64,000 nucleotides of DNA, taken from positions 1,568,001-1,632,000 of the forward strand of contig OY776510.1 in NCBI GenBank assembly GCA_963675665.1. Reading direction: 5' to 3'. The position numbers and the translations under genes were made by a program. The DNA comes from Spirochaetia bacterium (GTDB lineage: Bacteria > Spirochaetota > Spirochaetia > UBA9216). The notes beneath the pieces are model-generated. The model was not told the DNA's origin. It searched no databases and saw nothing but the letters and a program-made list of their open reading frames with translations. This document shows positions 48,165 to 58,300 of the stretch, in pieces (within the stretch, counting starts at the first letter, position 1; each line of letters opens with the position of its first letter).

Positions 48165-48803
48165 ATGGAGACTCTTTCGATCGACAATGTAAAAGATTTT
48201 CTGACGAAGATGAATGAAGTTGCCGCATCAAACAAGGATTACCTTATTGAGCTGGACAGCAAAATGGGCGATGGTGATTTAGGGCTTACCATGGCGGCGG
48301 TTTTTGCAGCGCTTGACGATTTTGCGAGCAGTTATGAAGATGAGGATATAGGGGGGCTTCTGATGAAAGGCGGTATGGCCATGGCGAAAGCGGCGCCGTC
48401 GACAATGGGAACTCTGATGGCTACCGGGTTTATGCGCGGCGGAAAGGCTGTTAAAGGTTCAACCGGGCTTGGAGTGTCAGAGATTGCGGCGTTCTGGAAA
48501 GCCTTTGTTGAAGGAATTATGGACCGCGGCAAGTCGAAACCGGGAGAAAAAACCATTATTGATGCGCTATACCCCGCCGCGGAATCTTTTGAAGCGTCAG
48601 CAGCTGCCGGCGAGGCTCTCCCTGTAGCTTCGGCAAAGGCCAAAACAGCTGCCGAACATGGTCGGGACAGTACTGTCGGAATTGTTGCCCAGCACGGAAG
48701 GGCAGCCTATTATCAGGAGAAATCAAAAGAGATTCAGGACCCGGGAGCAACTATGGGTGCAATCCTGGTCGGAACATTTGTTGATTTTATTACGGAATTA
48801 TAG
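48165..48803 (+). CDS. dhaL: Dihydroxyacetone-kinase family, ADP-binding subunit DhaL
   Basis: LDSKMGDGDLG, GEKTIIDAL, HGRAAY, DPGA. Confidence 0.9.
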   Translation: METLSIDNVKDFLTKMNEVAASNKDYLIELDSKMGDGDLGLTMAAVFAALDDFASSYEDEDIGGLLMKGGMAMAKAAPSTMGTLMATGFMRGGKAVKGSTGLGVSEIAAFWKAFVEGIMDRGKSKPGEKTIIDALYPAAESFEASAAAGEALPVASAKAKTAAEHGRDSTVGIVAQHGRAAYYQEKSKEIQDPGATMGAILVGTFVDFITEL

Positions 48804-48811
48804 GGAACGGT

Positions 48812-49315
48812 ATGGAAAAAAGAACTGTAAAACTGACTGAAATGACTGCGGAAAATTTTGCGGATTACGGATTGTGGATAACCGATACAGCGCATTCGCC
48901 GGACGCCGACTGCGCTGAGCTGAAGTTCTGGAACAGGCTCGGCGTTATGAATCACAAGGGCAATACCTCTATATCGATTGTTCAGACATACGGAAAAAAC
49001 GGGCTTGTTGAAGAGACGCTTGAACAGCATAAAACAACCGGAGAGGCGCTGCTTCCGACTGAAGATATCTATATAGTAGCAGCGCTCTCAGAAACGGACG
49101 TTCCCGATAAACCTGATCTGAATACAGTAAAAGCTTTTATGGTAAAAAAGGGCGAGGCTGTTATCATGCATCCCGGTATATGGCACCACGCTCCGCTGAC
49201 CAGGGCTGAAAAAGCCAACACATTTGTCGCTTTTTACGAGAATACTCCTGATGAGGATTTTTTGGCTTATGAGTTGAAGGATGAGTTCGGTTGCTGGTTT
49301 GAAGTTGAGGTTTAA
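48812..49315 (+). CDS. Ureidoglycolate lyase (AllA)-like cupin
   Basis: MTAENFADYG, LEQH..T.E.LLP, AF....GEAV..HPGIWHHAP. Confidence 0.72.
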   Translation: MEKRTVKLTEMTAENFADYGLWITDTAHSPDADCAELKFWNRLGVMNHKGNTSISIVQTYGKNGLVEETLEQHKTTGEALLPTEDIYIVAALSETDVPDKPDLNTVKAFMVKKGEAVIMHPGIWHHAPLTRAEKANTFVAFYENTPDEDFLAYELKDEFGCWFEVEV

Positions 49316-49316
49316 C

Positions 49317-49415
49317 CCATTCGGTTTAAGCCTAGTGTTCTAAACCGAATGGAATAAGTGATTTTTTAATATTTAATTGAATAAGTCTATCCGGCAAACA
49401 CCGAGTAGGCTTATT
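49317..49415. terminator. Two hairpins between convergent operons
   Basis: CCATTCGGTTTA(49317-28)/TAAACCGAATGG(49341-52); AATAAGTCTA(49380-89)/TAGGCTTATT(49406-15). Confidence 0.55.
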
Positions 49416-49440
49416 AGAAAGTAAAACTGTATTTAATGTC

Positions 49441-50850
49441 CTAAATCGGAAGCCCGACTATCTTTCCGGGATTCAAAATATTATCCGGATCAAACGTTTT
49501 CTTTATTCCTTTAAACAGAGTTATTGTTTCATCTCCGAGCGATTCCTTCAGGTATGCGCTCTTGGCGTGGCCTATCCCGTGCTCGCCGGATATCTGGCCG
49601 CCGTATTCGCCGGAGGCTTCGTAAAGCTTTTCCATAATCGATTCGCATTTGGATTTCCAGCTAATGTTGTCCAGATTGTCCTTGCACAGGTATATATGAA
49701 GGTTGCCGTCCCCGGCGTGTCCGAAGCTCCTGATTCTTACTCCGTGTTCATTTTCAAGGGTATCTACATAGCTCATGAACTTTCCGAGGTTTGTCCGGGG
49801 AACTACAACGTCGCATTCGTCCATTTCGGGGGTGGAGGTTTTTATCGCCTCGAGAAATGCCCCCCGTGCTTTCCAGATAGATTCCTGCCGTTCCTCGGTG
49901 TCTGAGATGAACACATCAAGCGCCCCGTTTGCAAGGCATACCTCTGCCGCGTCCCGATAAATACTGTTGAGTTCCGCCCTTGTGTTTCCGTCGTAGGTAA
50001 GAAGAAGATATGCATTAGCTGACTTGTCCGGAAAATGGTGCCCAAGGTACTCTTCAGCCGCCTCGATAACCTGTTTCTGCATGAACTCCACGGCTGTCGG
50101 TACGTGCTTCGACTGAAGTATCTTGGGAACGGTTGAAAAACACTGGTCAAGCCTGTCGAACGGAATTAGAAGCGAGAGAGCGGCAGGGGGCAGCGGGATA
50201 AGCTTTAGGACTATCCGGGTAATCACTGCCAGGGTGCCTTCCGAGCCTATGAGGATGTCCCTTATACTATAGCCAGAACTGTTCTTTGCAATCTTGCCTC
50301 CGATTTCAATTATCTTGCCGTCCGGAAGCACGGCCGTCATGCCCCTGACGTAATCTCGGGTAACCCCGTACTTTATTGCGCGCATGCCCCCGGCGTTCGT
50401 CATCACATTCCCGCCTATGGTTGCTGACTTTTCGCCCGGGTCGGGTGGGTACATCATGTCGCGGTCAATTGCCTCTTTTGCCAGCGTCATCAGAAGAACT
50501 CCGGGTTCCACTGTGACCGTGTAGTTGTCATGATCGAACTCGATAATGCTGTCCATTTTGGCAAGCGAAAGAAGGATTCCGCCGTAAAGCGCAACCGCCC
50601 CGCCGCATAAGCCCGTTCCGGAACCCCGCGGGGTTACAGGGATGTGTCTTTCATGGGCAAGTTTCATCACGGCTGAGACCTGCTCCGTCGACATGGCTTC
50701 AACAACCACATCAGGCTCAAATACGCCGTAGAGAATCATTTCGTCATGGGTAAAGTCTTCATGGATATCGGAGCCTGTAAGGACGTGCTCTTCACCGCAT
50801 ATTTCAATAAGACGTTTTATGTCCGCTTTGGTGGGTTTGTTATACTGCAT
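49441..50850 (-). CDS. lctD: FAD-linked 2-hydroxyacid dehydrogenase (GlcD family), probable lactate dehydrogenase LctD
   Basis: PRGSGTGLCGG, YPPDPGEKSATIGGN..TNAGG..A.KYGVTRDYV, GSEGTL, FGHAGDGNLH, SGEHGIG, DP.NILNPGK; cotranscribed with etfAB and larA. Confidence 0.85.
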   Translation of the reverse strand: MQYNKPTKADIKRLIEICGEEHVLTGSDIHEDFTHDEMILYGVFEPDVVVEAMSTEQVSAVMKLAHERHIPVTPRGSGTGLCGGAVALYGGILLSLAKMDSIIEFDHDNYTVTVEPGVLLMTLAKEAIDRDMMYPPDPGEKSATIGGNVMTNAGGMRAIKYGVTRDYVRGMTAVLPDGKIIEIGGKIAKNSSGYSIRDILIGSEGTLAVITRIVLKLIPLPPAALSLLIPFDRLDQCFSTVPKILQSKHVPTAVEFMQKQVIEAAEEYLGHHFPDKSANAYLLLTYDGNTRAELNSIYRDAAEVCLANGALDVFISDTEERQESIWKARGAFLEAIKTSTPEMDECDVVVPRTNLGKFMSYVDTLENEHGVRIRSFGHAGDGNLHIYLCKDNLDNISWKSKCESIMEKLYEASGEYGGQISGEHGIGHAKSAYLKESLGDETITLFKGIKKTFDPDNILNPGKIVGLPI

Positions 50851-52030
50851 ATGAAACGGCTCCTTTTATTTTATTGATCAGCGACGGCACTACATCGTAA
50901 ATGTTCCCGATAATTCCGCAGTGCGAGATCTTCATAATCGGCGCCGCGCCGTCCGTGTTGATTGCTACGATCTTTTCGGCCGCGTCCATGCATGCTGTAA
51001 ACTGTATTGCCCCGGAAACCCCGCAGGCGATAAGCAGTTTGGGTTTTACTGTACGGCCCGACAGACCGATCTGTCTAGTGTAATCGCACCAGCCCTTTTC
51101 AACAAGCGGCCGGGTGCAGGCGTATTCGCCGCCGACAAGGGCTGCAAGTTCCTTGATCATTTCAAGGTCTTCAACCTTTTTTACACCCTGTCCGGCAACA
51201 ACAAGCGCGTCGGCCTCGGTGATTGAGGGCTCGGCCTGTTTTTTAACGATGCTTATTACCTCTATGGCTGATGCCGCAAGCCTGTCGGTTACGGCGCGAT
51301 AAGTGAGTTTTCCGTGGGGTTGGCGCTTTTCGGCGCGGTCCATTACTTTGTAGCGTACGGTTGCAAACTGAGGTCTTGTGCGGGGGGTGATAATCTGCGC
51401 CATGATGTTGCCGCCGAAGGCTGGTCTTATCTGTACAAGGTCGGTATTTTTCTTGATTTCAAGCGATGTGCAGTCGGCTGTAAGACCGGTTCGGAACCTT
51501 GTTGCCGTGCGGGGCGCAAGCGAACGTCCAATCGATGTCCCGCCGATGAGAACCACCGAAGGTTTTATCTCTTTTATCAGATCTTCAAGAACTGATGCGT
51601 ACGAATCGACCCTGAACTCTCTGAGGCGTTCGTCGTCGTATATGAAAACCTCGTCGACACCGTAATCAAGAAGCTTTGAAGGCATAGCGCTGGTATTACT
51701 GCCTATAATAACCGCGGAAACAGGCATTTTTGTCTGTTCGGCAAGTTTCTCGGCCTTTCCGATAAGCTCGATTGCCACGGGGTGCATTTTACCCTCGACG
51801 TATTCCACAAATACTAGATAACCCTGCCATTCGCTTTTATCTATCCCTGTTTTGATCTCGCTTATGAATATGGCGTTTTCAGGGCACTGTTTGATGCAGA
51901 GCCTGCACATTTTACAGGCTTCGTTAACGGTTATACCGTCGTAGTGCATTACAAGGGCGTCAAACGGGCAGCAGTCTACGCAAACGCCGCACATTGTGCA
52001 GCTGTTTTTATCTATTAGAAGTTCAGCCAT
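50840..52030 (-). CDS. etfA: Electron transfer flavoprotein alpha subunit with N-terminal 2x[4Fe-4S] domain (LctC-like)
   Basis: CTMCGVCVDCCP and CKMCRLCIKQCP; GLTADCT, RPAFGGN, QIGLSGRTVKP, GVSGAIQF. Confidence 0.93.
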   Translation of the reverse strand: MAELLIDKNSCTMCGVCVDCCPFDALVMHYDGITVNEACKMCRLCIKQCPENAIFISEIKTGIDKSEWQGYLVFVEYVEGKMHPVAIELIGKAEKLAEQTKMPVSAVIIGSNTSAMPSKLLDYGVDEVFIYDDERLREFRVDSYASVLEDLIKEIKPSVVLIGGTSIGRSLAPRTATRFRTGLTADCTSLEIKKNTDLVQIRPAFGGNIMAQIITPRTRPQFATVRYKVMDRAEKRQPHGKLTYRAVTDRLAASAIEVISIVKKQAEPSITEADALVVAGQGVKKVEDLEMIKELAALVGGEYACTRPLVEKGWCDYTRQIGLSGRTVKPKLLIACGVSGAIQFTACMDAAEKIVAINTDGAAPIMKISHCGIIGNIYDVVPSLINKIKGAVSYAV

Positions 52031-52830
52031 CAGATTACTCCTTTAAGGAATTTATCGGATTTAAGCATTTCGAAAAGCAGCTGAGGGGCATCAACGGTGT
52101 CGTTGTTCCAGATGACCTGCTCGACATCCGCCTCGGGTTGGAAGATTCTTTCCACCTGGGTGGGAGAACCGGACAGCCCGTAGTCTTTTTCGGAATTGTC
52201 GGGCAGATCGGCAAGGCGGAGCTTTTTCACCTGCCAATTGTTAGATTTTTTCATGTTAAGGTACGACGGAAGTCTAGGAGTGTTGATATCCTTGTCTACT
52301 GTGATCAGGCACGGAAATCGAAGCCTTACGACTTCGAGGCTCTCGGCCATATTCTGCTCGACTACTATAGTTTCAGCGTCGGCTTCAACAATCCTGCTTA
52401 CCCAGGTCACATGGGGTATTGAAAGGTGTTCGGCAATTGCTGGACCTACCTGGGCGGTGTCGCCGTCGGTGGTCTGCTTTCCGCAGATTATCAGATCGAA
52501 ACCGCCGGTGCTCCTGATGCCTGAGGCAAGGGCCCTTGACGTGGCAAGCACGTCGGCGCCCGAGAATTTGATATCTGTCATAAGAAGCCCGCCATCGGCA
52601 CCCATCATGAATGCTTCCCTGATGACCGCCTCGGCCTGCGGCGGGCCCATGGTGATAACGGCAATCTCGCCGCCGTATGTTTTTTTAAGACGCAGCGCCG
52701 TTTCCAGGGCATAGAGGTCGTAGGGGTTCATCTTGCTCGTAACACCTGAGCGTTTAAGAACGCCTGTTTCCGGATCGATATCGACCGAAGTGGTTCCCGG
52801 AACCTGTTTTATACATACGATGATTTTCAT
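52030..52830 (-). CDS. etfB: Electron transfer flavoprotein beta subunit (LctB-like)
   Basis: VCIKQVP, MNPYD, GADVLATS, GKQTTDGDTAQVGP, GLSGSPTQV. Confidence 0.95.
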   Translation of the reverse strand: MKIIVCIKQVPGTTSVDIDPETGVLKRSGVTSKMNPYDLYALETALRLKKTYGGEIAVITMGPPQAEAVIREAFMMGADGGLLMTDIKFSGADVLATSRALASGIRSTGGFDLIICGKQTTDGDTAQVGPAIAEHLSIPHVTWVSRIVEADAETIVVEQNMAESLEVVRLRFPCLITVDKDINTPRLPSYLNMKKSNNWQVKKLRLADLPDNSEKDYGLSGSPTQVERIFQPEADVEQVIWNNDTVDAPQLLFEMLKSDKFLKGVI

Positions 52831-54116
52831 TGTATTGTTCCTTCATTGATTATTACCCCGACGCCATCGGGGATTAATGTTATCTTCTCTTCACTGCCGA
52901 GTATTCCGTCGGCAAGCGAAAGCGCCTGTTCAAATGTTTCTGCGTGCAGCATGTGCATGTCCTTTATCATCTGCGGGTCCGCGTGGCTGCTCACGATTAT
53001 TGCCCTGCTGCATTTTTTCAGGATCCTTGCGAGAATCTGGGCTTCCCACTGGTCGGGCAGCGATTCTTCCGGCGGAATTGAGCTTATTTTTTCCCAGACC
53101 TCACCGGGTGAGGCCGAGTCTTTGAACCAGTTGTAAAAGCCCTCGCCTCCGTGTCCGTTGCAGCATGATGAAATCATGATTATTACCCCGCCCTCTGGTA
53201 TGCAGCTTTCGGCGGCGGTCATGCCCTTGACTGTCTGGTAGATGTTCTGATCAAGCGGGTAACCGCCGTTTGATGTTACGGCAATCGGCGATGCAACGGC
53301 GTTCACCCTGGCGCGCTCGCCGAGGATTCCGCAGCCTTTCAGGTGGGCGTCGACAGGGTGTCCCGCAAAAGCCTCAGTGATCTTCTTGTTCTCATCGAGA
53401 ACAACATTAAGAATAAATGCAAGCCCGGCTTTTTCGGATGCGAAAAGCATGTCGGTGTGTAGCGGGTTGCCGTCAAGGCTGCCGGTACGTGCTCGGGGGT
53501 GGGCAATAAATTGGGCGTTATGGTTATACATTATTGTGCGTTCCGAGCAGATTCCCGGAAGAATACTCTTGCGACCGCCCGAAAATCCAGCGAAAAAATG
53601 GGGCTCGATGAAACCTTCAGCGACTATAAGGTCGGCCCAGTCTACAAGCCTGTTGATATGAAGTTCGCCTCCCGACGGTAATACGCCTTTGAAAACCATC
53701 TCGGAAGAGGCAAAGGCATCATGCACGATTATGTTCTCTTCGCTGCAGATCTCTTCTCCGAATTTGTCGGCAAGCTCCTCTGCAGTTGTCGCCCTGTGAA
53801 AGCCCGTTGCAATCAGGATTTTAATTTCGGCATCCGGATTGCCCTCGCGTATATGTCGGAGGATAACAGGCATTGTTATCCTGCTCGGCACCGGGCGCGT
53901 GTGATCGCTTGTAATTACGAGGACATTTTTCCTGTCTGATGCGAGAGCCGACAGAAGGGGAGAGTTGACCGGGCTTGAAAGCGCCCTTTCAACTTCGGTT
54001 TCTTCGGGTCCGGTGTTACGGCTGCCTTCATGAGCAGGTTCAAGGACCGCTTTCAGCCGCCAGTCCGGTATATCCGCAGAAATACTGTCTTTATAATAGG
54101 GAATCTTTATTTTCAC
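52827..54116 (-). CDS. larA: Nickel-pincer-dependent lactate racemase LarA
   Basis: SDHTRPVP, ATGFHR, EPHFFAGFSGGRKS, YNHN, GYPLDQNIYQTVKGM, PDQWE. Confidence 0.92.
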   Translation of the reverse strand: MKIKIPYYKDSISADIPDWRLKAVLEPAHEGSRNTGPEETEVERALSSPVNSPLLSALASDRKNVLVITSDHTRPVPSRITMPVILRHIREGNPDAEIKILIATGFHRATTAEELADKFGEEICSEENIIVHDAFASSEMVFKGVLPSGGELHINRLVDWADLIVAEGFIEPHFFAGFSGGRKSILPGICSERTIMYNHNAQFIAHPRARTGSLDGNPLHTDMLFASEKAGLAFILNVVLDENKKITEAFAGHPVDAHLKGCGILGERARVNAVASPIAVTSNGGYPLDQNIYQTVKGMTAAESCIPEGGVIIMISSCCNGHGGEGFYNWFKDSASPGEVWEKISSIPPEESLPDQWEAQILARILKKCSRAIIVSSHADPQMIKDMHMLHAETFEQALSLADGILGSEEKITLIPDGVGVIINEGTIQ

Positions 54117-54829
54117 GCTGACTCCTCCCCTGCTGAAATATTGATCATGTACTGCCTTACGCCTTCGAGGTGTCCTCGCAGAGCTTTGCCGGCTTCTTCC
54201 GGCTGACGGTTCATTACCGCTGCAAGGATTTTACCGTGGTCCTCAAGCCATCGGCCGGTTATTTCCCCATTCTCGGCCAGCCGGCTGCGGCTTGTATGGA
54301 TTGAGGTATTGACCAGGTACGAAAGAACTTCGCCGGCAAGCTCGAAAATCCTGTTGCCGGTAGCAGAGAATATTGTCATATGAAAATCGATATCAGCCCT
54401 TTCGGCAACGGCCGGGTCTGAGCTTTTCATGTTTTCAAGCGCTGCTGCCATCTTTTCAAGCGTTTCAGGTTTGCCGTGTTTTGCCGCTGTTTTTACCGCG
54501 CTCTCTTCGAGCATCAGTCTGAAATCCATCAGCTCGCCCATGATGTCCATGTTTCTGAAAAACAGCGGTGCTATAGTGCTCAGAAAGGGGATAATCTGGA
54601 AATCCTGCACGTAGGTGCCGCCTCCGTGCCTTACCTCGAGCAGTCCGATTATTTCAAGTGTGCGGAATGCCTCCCTGATCGACGCCCTGCTGGTGGAAAG
54701 TTTTTCGGCGAGAAGCCTTTCGCCGGGCAGCTTGTCGCCGTTTTTCAGCTCACCCGAAATTATCAGGTCGATAATCTGTTCGATTATCTGTTTGTAGGTT
54801 TTCTGTTTTGCAAGTTTTGTAAAATCCAT
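54113..54829 (-). CDS. GntR/FadR-family regulator (LldR/LctA-like)
   Basis: GDKLPGER.LA..L..SR.SIREA, GGGTYV, AD..FH, FCD domain. Confidence 0.9.
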   Translation of the reverse strand: MDFTKLAKQKTYKQIIEQIIDLIISGELKNGDKLPGERLLAEKLSTSRASIREAFRTLEIIGLLEVRHGGGTYVQDFQIIPFLSTIAPLFFRNMDIMGELMDFRLMLEESAVKTAAKHGKPETLEKMAAALENMKSSDPAVAERADIDFHMTIFSATGNRIFELAGEVLSYLVNTSIHTSRSRLAENGEITGRWLEDHGKILAAVMNRQPEEAGKALRGHLEGVRQYMINISAGEESA

Positions 54830-54840
54830 ATCTTCTCCAT

Positions 54841-54901
54841 ACTGGTAAGAGGTCAGACCAGTTACGTTTTAATCATAATACACCGGAGTGAAAGTTGTCA
54901 A
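54841..54901 (-). promoter_or_regulatory. sigma70 promoter and FadR/LldR-type operator of the lactate operon
   Basis: Minus strand TTGACA(54901-896)-18-TATGAT(54877-72); ACTGGTAAGAGGTCAGACCAGT(54841-62) contains GGTCAGACCA, like LldR/LutR sites. Confidence 0.7.
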
Positions 54902-55114
54902 TGACGAACTGAATAATTTTGGTGACTGATAGCTTATGCAGTCCGCAGTACAGTTGTTTGAACGCTTATCTCCTGCAAGATGTGTAGTTCCCCATAGCAG
55001 CCTTCCTTTCTTCAATTATTCTTAAAACCGAGTATAAGTTCTGAATAATTATCGATTATTTCCCTTTAAAGTATTGTTTATTAATCCGCCAGTATGTAGA
55101 TTTGAATCAGGATT

Positions 55115-56347
55115 ATGAACAGACCGACATATTTGAATATACTAATGGCAGCTACTTTTCTATTCAGCCTGGCAACCGGAATGGTGAGTTTCGCTATCGT
55201 TTTTTATGTGAAGCAGCGCTTTAACGCGGACCATACCATGATAGGCCTGATTTCTTCAGGGCAGACCCTTTTCTATATTGTGGGGGTTCTGGGATTTTCT
55301 CTCAACAAAAATACTCATCCGAGGTATTTTCTCGGTTTTTCCGCCATGAGCATGGTGGTGTTTTTATCAGTCTACCTGATTTTCCCCTACTGGCGTCTTA
55401 CCCTGCTTTGCGGAAGTCTTTACGGACTCGGCATGGCGCTCTTCTGGCCCCGTATCTCAGGTTGGGTATCATGGGGGCTCGAGGGAAAGAATCTGAGTAA
55501 AACCATGTCACAGTATAATTTCTCATGGTCAACCGGGGGTATCATTTCTCCGGCACTCGGCGGATTACTTACTGAAATCAATATCGTTATTCCCTTTACG
55601 GCTTCAATTGTTCTGCTGCTGCTTATAGGTGTTCTTCTTGCAGTATTCTCCCGTGTTTACCCTGAAATGAAAAAGGGGCAGGCTGAAATCCGCAAAGCAA
55701 GAGAGAAGTCTTATAAAGATGGGGAGGTCCCTGCCGACACGGACCCAGATATCGGCACAACCCGGATGACGCCTCTGAGGTTTCCCGCACGCCTGGGAGT
55801 CGTTTCAACCTATATTCTGACCGGTTTTATAATCTTTATTTTCACGGCGTATATGCGGGAAAGCCTGGATTACAGGGAAGGCCTGATAGGATTCTTTCTG
55901 CTGTTCAGACTTTTCTTTGCAACCCTGGGCTTTATTGTCTGGGGAAAGTGGAAGGGATGGCATTTCAAGCCCGGTCTGATTCTTTTAAACCAGGTTGTTA
56001 CAATTGTTTTACTGATTCTTCTGGCAAGATCCGGAACCACCCTGCCGCTGCTGATCTTTTTCGGTATTTACGGATTTAATTTCAGCTTCACCTATACAAT
56101 CGGACAGTTTTACGGCGCTACCGGAAGTACAAACAGGGAGCGCAGTATGGCTATCCATGAGGGTGTGATTAATATCGGTATTATTATCGGGACCTTTTTC
56201 GGCGGAATATTAAGCGACAGAATCGGAATGCCGGTAACACTGTCTGTTTTTACTATAATCTGCGCAGTTTTACTGGTCGTCCAGTTCATACTCCTGGTAT
56301 ATTTCAAAAAAACCGGCCGGCTGGTTTTTGCGAATAAACTGTTCTGA
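55115..56347 (+). CDS. MFS transporter, substrate unknown
   Basis: About 12 hydrophobic segments in two halves with a hydrophilic central loop; G..I.P.LGG.L and GG.LSDRIG motifs. Confidence 0.8.
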   Translation: MNRPTYLNILMAATFLFSLATGMVSFAIVFYVKQRFNADHTMIGLISSGQTLFYIVGVLGFSLNKNTHPRYFLGFSAMSMVVFLSVYLIFPYWRLTLLCGSLYGLGMALFWPRISGWVSWGLEGKNLSKTMSQYNFSWSTGGIISPALGGLLTEINIVIPFTASIVLLLLIGVLLAVFSRVYPEMKKGQAEIRKAREKSYKDGEVPADTDPDIGTTRMTPLRFPARLGVVSTYILTGFIIFIFTAYMRESLDYREGLIGFFLLFRLFFATLGFIVWGKWKGWHFKPGLILLNQVVTIVLLILLARSGTTLPLLIFFGIYGFNFSFTYTIGQFYGATGSTNRERSMAIHEGVINIGIIIGTFFGGILSDRIGMPVTLSVFTIICAVLLVVQFILLVYFKKTGRLVFANKLF

Positions 56348-56388
56348 GAATTTAACGTATGGTATCTCCCCACCCGGCCGTCTGATAC

Positions 56389-56405
56389 TGTCTTATTTTG
56401 CTACA
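56389..56405. promoter_or_regulatory. Candidate upstream activator sequence (TGT-N11-ACA) for the sigma54 activator
   Basis: TGTCTTATTTTGCTACA; its reverse complement starts TGTAGCAA like the site at 58156. Confidence 0.55.
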
Positions 56406-56564
56406 CTTCGCATTTCCTAGGCTTTATACAGCCGCCATAAGGCTCCGTATTATTAAGAAATTTTTTGGGTAAAGAGCCGAAGAACCGGTTATAATCATCA
56501 GTAATCAGCCTTAAAACGGGTTTTCCGGCAAAAAAACAGGCTGCAGGAATGTTAAAAATCCTTA

Positions 56565-56580
56565 TGGCATGGTTGTTGCA
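56565..56580 (+). promoter_or_regulatory. sigma54 (-24/-12) promoter
   Basis: TGGCAT-GGTTG-TTGCA, 50 nt upstream of ATG. Confidence 0.85.
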
Positions 56581-56630
56581 TTATACAGTTAGGGCTTTTA
56601 CATAACTATTAATGCAGATAAGGAGCAATA

Positions 56631-58130
56631 ATGAAAAAGACACTTAAGTATCATCCGGAAGATAATGTCCTTGTAACACTCGACGGGCTTGTGACCGGCG
56701 ACAGTATTTCCATTAACGGCGAGGCCGCGGATTTTACAATAATTGATTCACTTCCGATGGGGCATAAGATTGCAGCGGTAAACATTCCTTCCGGGGGAAT
56801 TATAAAAAAATACGGGCAGCCAATCGGCATCGCCGGAAAAGACATAAAGGCGGGTGAGCACGTTCACGTGCATAACGTCACCGACCTTATTTCCGACTGG
56901 CGGAATTACCACCAGCATAACTATGACCCTGCTACAGTAAAGGAAATATCCGATGAGTACCTGATTAAAGACCTTCCGAAGCTGTACGGGTACAGGCGGA
57001 AAAACGGGATGGTCGGTTTCAGAAACTATGTTCTTGTAATTTCAACCGCTGTCTGCGCAAACCAGCCTGTTGAAGAGCTCGGCATCAAATACAGGGATAT
57101 TATAACGGTCCCGAACCCCTCCGGATGCGTGATACTTCCGAACGAGGTTGAGCGGATAAAGGCTGTGATTCTCGGCCTTGCCGGGAACCCGAACGTGGGC
57201 GCGGTAATTTTTAACGGTCTCGGCTGCGAAAGTGTGGAAGCCGAATGGTTTTATGATCAGGTTAAAGATGAAAAGCCTGCCGCCTTTGTACGGGCCCAGA
57301 CTGAAGGATCCTGTGAAAATGCTTACGATAAGCTCGAAAAAATCGCGCTTGCCATGAAGGCTGAACTTGATTCTCAGCCTCGTGAAGAGGTGTCGGTCGC
57401 GGATATAAGGCTCGGAACCAAATGCGGGGCCTCCGACTGGACAACCGCAGCCGTTTCAAACCCGGCAATCGGCTACGCATCGGACCTTGTCGTCAAAAAC
57501 GGTGGGATCTCGCTTTTAGGCGAGACGGTAGGCTGGTTCGGCGGCGAGGAGATATTCATCAGGCAGGCCAGAAACAGGGAAACAGCGGATAAAATCATTA
57601 CCCTGATGGGAAATATCTACGACCGGGCGCTCTCGGTCGGAAAGCGGATCGAGGAGGGCAACCCGGCACCTGGCAACATAGCCGGCGGGATTTCGACCCT
57701 GAACGAAAAAGCCCTGGGCAATGTGAAAAAGGGCGGAACCGCGCCTGTCGAGGGCGTGCTGGATGTGGGGCAGTACCCGGACGGCAAAGGCCTTTTTGTA
57801 TGCGACAACCCCGGGCTTGATCCGATATCGCTTCTGGGCCTGACATGCTCGTCAGCCAATATACTTCTCTACAGCACCGGCCGCGGGACACCCGTTGGTA
57901 CTCCGGTTGCGCCTTCGATAAAACTGACCGGCTCGCCCGATGCGGTGGCACTGTTCAGCGCACATATGGATGTGGAGCTTACTTCGGTGCTTACCGGTGA
58001 AATGACCATTGCCGATGCCGGGTGGAAACTGTTCAACGAGATTATTGACGTGGCCAACGGCAGGCAGACCATTGCAGAGAAGGGCCGTCACCGTGAGTTT
58101 GCCTTCCCGCTTGTAATGGGACCGCTGTAA
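56631..58130 (+). CDS. UxaA/GarD/SuyAB-family lyase (N-terminal SAF domain fused to catalytic domain)
   Basis: HPEDNV, PMGHKIA, KYGQPIG, GEHVHVHNV, GYRRKNG.VG.RN, NPNVG, GLGCE, KCGASD, GNIAGG.STL.EKALG...KGG, STGRG. Confidence 0.88.
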   Translation: MKKTLKYHPEDNVLVTLDGLVTGDSISINGEAADFTIIDSLPMGHKIAAVNIPSGGIIKKYGQPIGIAGKDIKAGEHVHVHNVTDLISDWRNYHQHNYDPATVKEISDEYLIKDLPKLYGYRRKNGMVGFRNYVLVISTAVCANQPVEELGIKYRDIITVPNPSGCVILPNEVERIKAVILGLAGNPNVGAVIFNGLGCESVEAEWFYDQVKDEKPAAFVRAQTEGSCENAYDKLEKIALAMKAELDSQPREEVSVADIRLGTKCGASDWTTAAVSNPAIGYASDLVVKNGGISLLGETVGWFGGEEIFIRQARNRETADKIITLMGNIYDRALSVGKRIEEGNPAPGNIAGGISTLNEKALGNVKKGGTAPVEGVLDVGQYPDGKGLFVCDNPGLDPISLLGLTCSSANILLYSTGRGTPVGTPVAPSIKLTGSPDAVALFSAHMDVELTSVLTGEMTIADAGWKLFNEIIDVANGRQTIAEKGRHREFAFPLVMGPL

Positions 58131-58148
58131 TAGTTTGATACTATTGCG

Positions 58149-58179
58149 TCAAAGGTGTAGCAATTTGTTACACCTTTGA
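58149..58179. promoter_or_regulatory. Inverted repeat containing candidate activator site TGT-N11-ACA (may also act as terminator)
   Basis: TCAAAGGTGTAGCA-ATT-TGTTACACCTTTGA; core TGTAGCAATTTGTTACA at 58156-72. Confidence 0.6.
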
Positions 58180-58300
58180 TTTCTCTCTTACCCGTACCGT
58201 CCTGTTCCGGCTAACAGAATTTCCTGATTTACCCGTCTGTTCGTAAAATATTGACTGCAGACAGCAGATATCCGGCTGATCAAACCGGTTCCCGTCCTAT

